Of a stretch of 17,946 nt of DNA, positions 16,484-17,946 are shown piece by piece (the first letter of the stretch is position 1; every line of letters starts with the position of its first letter). The translations under genes were made by a program, and so were the position numbers. This stretch comes from Candidatus Bathyarchaeota archaeon. GTDB lineage: Archaea > Thermoproteota > Bathyarchaeia > Bathyarchaeales > Bathycorpusculaceae. The notes beneath the pieces are model-generated. The model was not told the DNA's origin and searched no databases. It saw only the letters and a list, made by a program, of their open reading frames with translations. The stretch spans positions 1 through 17,946 of the forward strand of contig CAVYXJ010000015.1 of assembly GCA_963772455.1 (NCBI GenBank). The letters run 5' to 3'.

Positions 16484-16690
16484 CACCACGATTATTTTAA
16501 AAGAAATCAAGCGTTCGCTTTTGATTTTAACTTCCACAATCAACTTAGTCTTCTTAGGGTGAGAAACCACTGCGTTAAATCCTTATTTCTTTATTTGCCG
16601 ACAAGGTGGCGTAACGGCGGTGAAAAAGTCCATAACTACTCTCAAACTTTGAAATGCAAGAGGTAAGCCGCAGAAAAATTCTTCTTGATG
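16484..16690 (-). pseudogene. Decayed IS110-family transposase fragment (N-terminal DEDD domain)
   Basis: The minus-strand frame reads HQEEFFCGLPLAFQSLRVVMDFFTAVTPPCRQIKK*GFNAVVSHPKKTKLIVEVKIKSERL, resembling the IS110 pattern V-x-ME...GF-x-VVV-x-HP-x2-T-x2-IA-x2-KIK-[ST]-D-x2-D. There is an internal TAA at 16583-16585. Confidence 0.65.
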
Positions 16691-16731
16691 TAACCAATTA
16701 TGTCTTAACCTAAGCGAGAGTCACGATAATT

Positions 16732-17505
16732 ATGTCTGAAAAAAAGACACCAACAGTCTTGGCTATCTCAGGTTCTCTAAGAAGCCCCTCTTTTACTGAG
16801 AAAATGTTAGATAACTTGCTTGAAGGAATGGGTGAAGTGGAAGTTCACAAGTTTTATCCTCATAAAATGAAGATTGGACCTTGCACAAGCTGTTGGAGCT
16901 GCTGGCAAGGAAAAAACAAAGGTAAATGTGTCCAGAAAGACGATTTTCAATCAATATACGATATTTACAAAAAGTGTGATTACTTTATCATCGCTGCACC
17001 AGTATACGTTTTTGGCTTTCCGGCAACTGTCAAAAACGTAATAGATAGATTCTTTATAAACTTGGAACCTTCCCAGATTTTAATGGAGAACGGGATAACT
17101 AATCACCCACAACGGCATGCCTCTAAAGCAAAAGGTGTCTTAGTTTCATCTTGTGGTTTTCCAGATATGGAGAATTTTACTATAATGAGTGAACATTTTA
17201 AGAAGTTTATGATGCACTTTGGATTAACTTGGGCAGGAGAAGCTCTAATACCATCAGCTGGGGCAGCAAACATTCCTCATTTGCTTGATGGCAACATCGA
17301 GGCAGTTAGACAAGCTGGTGCCGAATTGATTAATGGCATAATATCTTCTGACACAATGCGCGTTATTAGTGACGTTCCAATATCTAAAAACGATTATAGG
17401 GAAATGACTAATGCCAGCTTCAAAGGAGGACTATCTGGAAAAGCAAAGACTTTTGCCATCGGAATCAAAGCAATAAGAAATAAAGGAAAGAAAAAACAGT
17501 CTTGA
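16732..17505 (+). CDS. Iron-sulfur flavoprotein / multimeric flavodoxin (NADPH-dependent FMN reductase family)
   Basis: VLAISGSLR, CTSCWSC-x8-C-x3-DD, IIAAPVY and VKNVIDR. Confidence 0.9.
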   Translation: MSEKKTPTVLAISGSLRSPSFTEKMLDNLLEGMGEVEVHKFYPHKMKIGPCTSCWSCWQGKNKGKCVQKDDFQSIYDIYKKCDYFIIAAPVYVFGFPATVKNVIDRFFINLEPSQILMENGITNHPQRHASKAKGVLVSSCGFPDMENFTIMSEHFKKFMMHFGLTWAGEALIPSAGAANIPHLLDGNIEAVRQAGAELINGIISSDTMRVISDVPISKNDYREMTNASFKGGLSGKAKTFAIGIKAIRNKGKKKQS

Positions 17506-17585
17506 TGATTCTTCCAACGGCATATCTAATCTTCAAAGAGTATTGAACTCAAACTCTCCACGAAAAACGTCATTTCTTGAGTTAA

Positions 17586-17864
17586 CTATTTTTTCAATTC
17601 AATTAGCATTTTTAACACCAATTTGAGTGCAGAGTCATAGCCACTGCAGTATTCTTTGCTGGAGTCTTTGTCCGCATAGATTTGCTGCACAATTTCTTTT
17701 CCAATGCCTTCATTAGTTAGCTGGATTGAGCCCTCTTTTAGCCATATCAGAGCATCAATATACCCGTGTTCTGAGTCTGAAAGATCATCTGTATTAGATG
17801 ATTCTGCTTTCTGCCTGATTATTTCCTCAATCTTTTCTTTTAACTCGTTCTCAACCTTACTCAC
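17586..17864 (-). CDS. Hypothetical acidic protein, 92 aa, with an internal GY-x2-AL repeat
   Basis: GTG start with GGTGA upstream, and repeats SEHGYIDALIWL / YCSGYDSALKLV. Confidence 0.7.
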   Translation of the reverse strand: MSKVENELKEKIEEIIRQKAESSNTDDLSDSEHGYIDALIWLKEGSIQLTNEGIGKEIVQQIYADKDSSKEYCSGYDSALKLVLKMLIELKK

Positions 17865-17946
17865 TTCTTCTCACCAATTCGATTACTTGTTTGTTATAGA
17901 GTTAAGTAGATATCGGCTGCTAGTTTCTTCAAACATAGTTTTAGAC

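Noticed and set aside
16546-16632. FMN-riboswitch-like words (AGGGTGA, GCCGACA, GGCGGTGAAAAAGTCC) upstream of the flavoprotein
   Set aside because: The words are out of order relative to the RFN consensus, and the region is better explained as the antisense of an IS110 fragment. An Infernal search with the Rfam FMN riboswitch model would settle it.
17884-17946. Possible 3' end of a minus-strand gene at the window edge (...SKTMFEETSSRYLLNSITNK*)
   Set aside because: Only about 20 codons are visible, and it cannot be distinguished from promoter sequence.

Overview
An AT-rich archaeal window; gene content, GGTG/GAGG ribosome-binding sites and TATA/BRE promoters suggest Bathyarchaeia (an inference). 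In order it contains: a VapBC toxin-antitoxin pair, an intergenic CCCACA repeat/palindrome block, a C2H2 zinc-finger peptide, an orphan NitT/TauT-type substrate-binding protein coupled to a frameshifted HAMP histidine kinase, and a full-length aRF1 release-factor paralog with all signature motifs altered (GGQ to GGS, no NIKS, no YxCxxxF). Next come an SGNH hydrolase/acyltransferase-3/GT-C glycosyltransferase cluster, a CorA-like channel lacking GMN, a molybdopterin oxidoreductase, a Toprim protein and tyrosyl-tRNA synthetase (one-base frameshift just before its HIGH-like motif). The last part holds a DUF1801-antitoxin-tail chimera coupled to a CTG-start PIN toxin, a PH/SHOCT protein, an unannotated 39-aa membrane peptide, a decayed IS110 transposase fragment and an iron-sulfur flavoprotein. 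No rRNA, tRNA or CRISPR array was seen. The strongest candidates for new biology are the aRF1 paralog and the DUF1801-VapB/VapC module.
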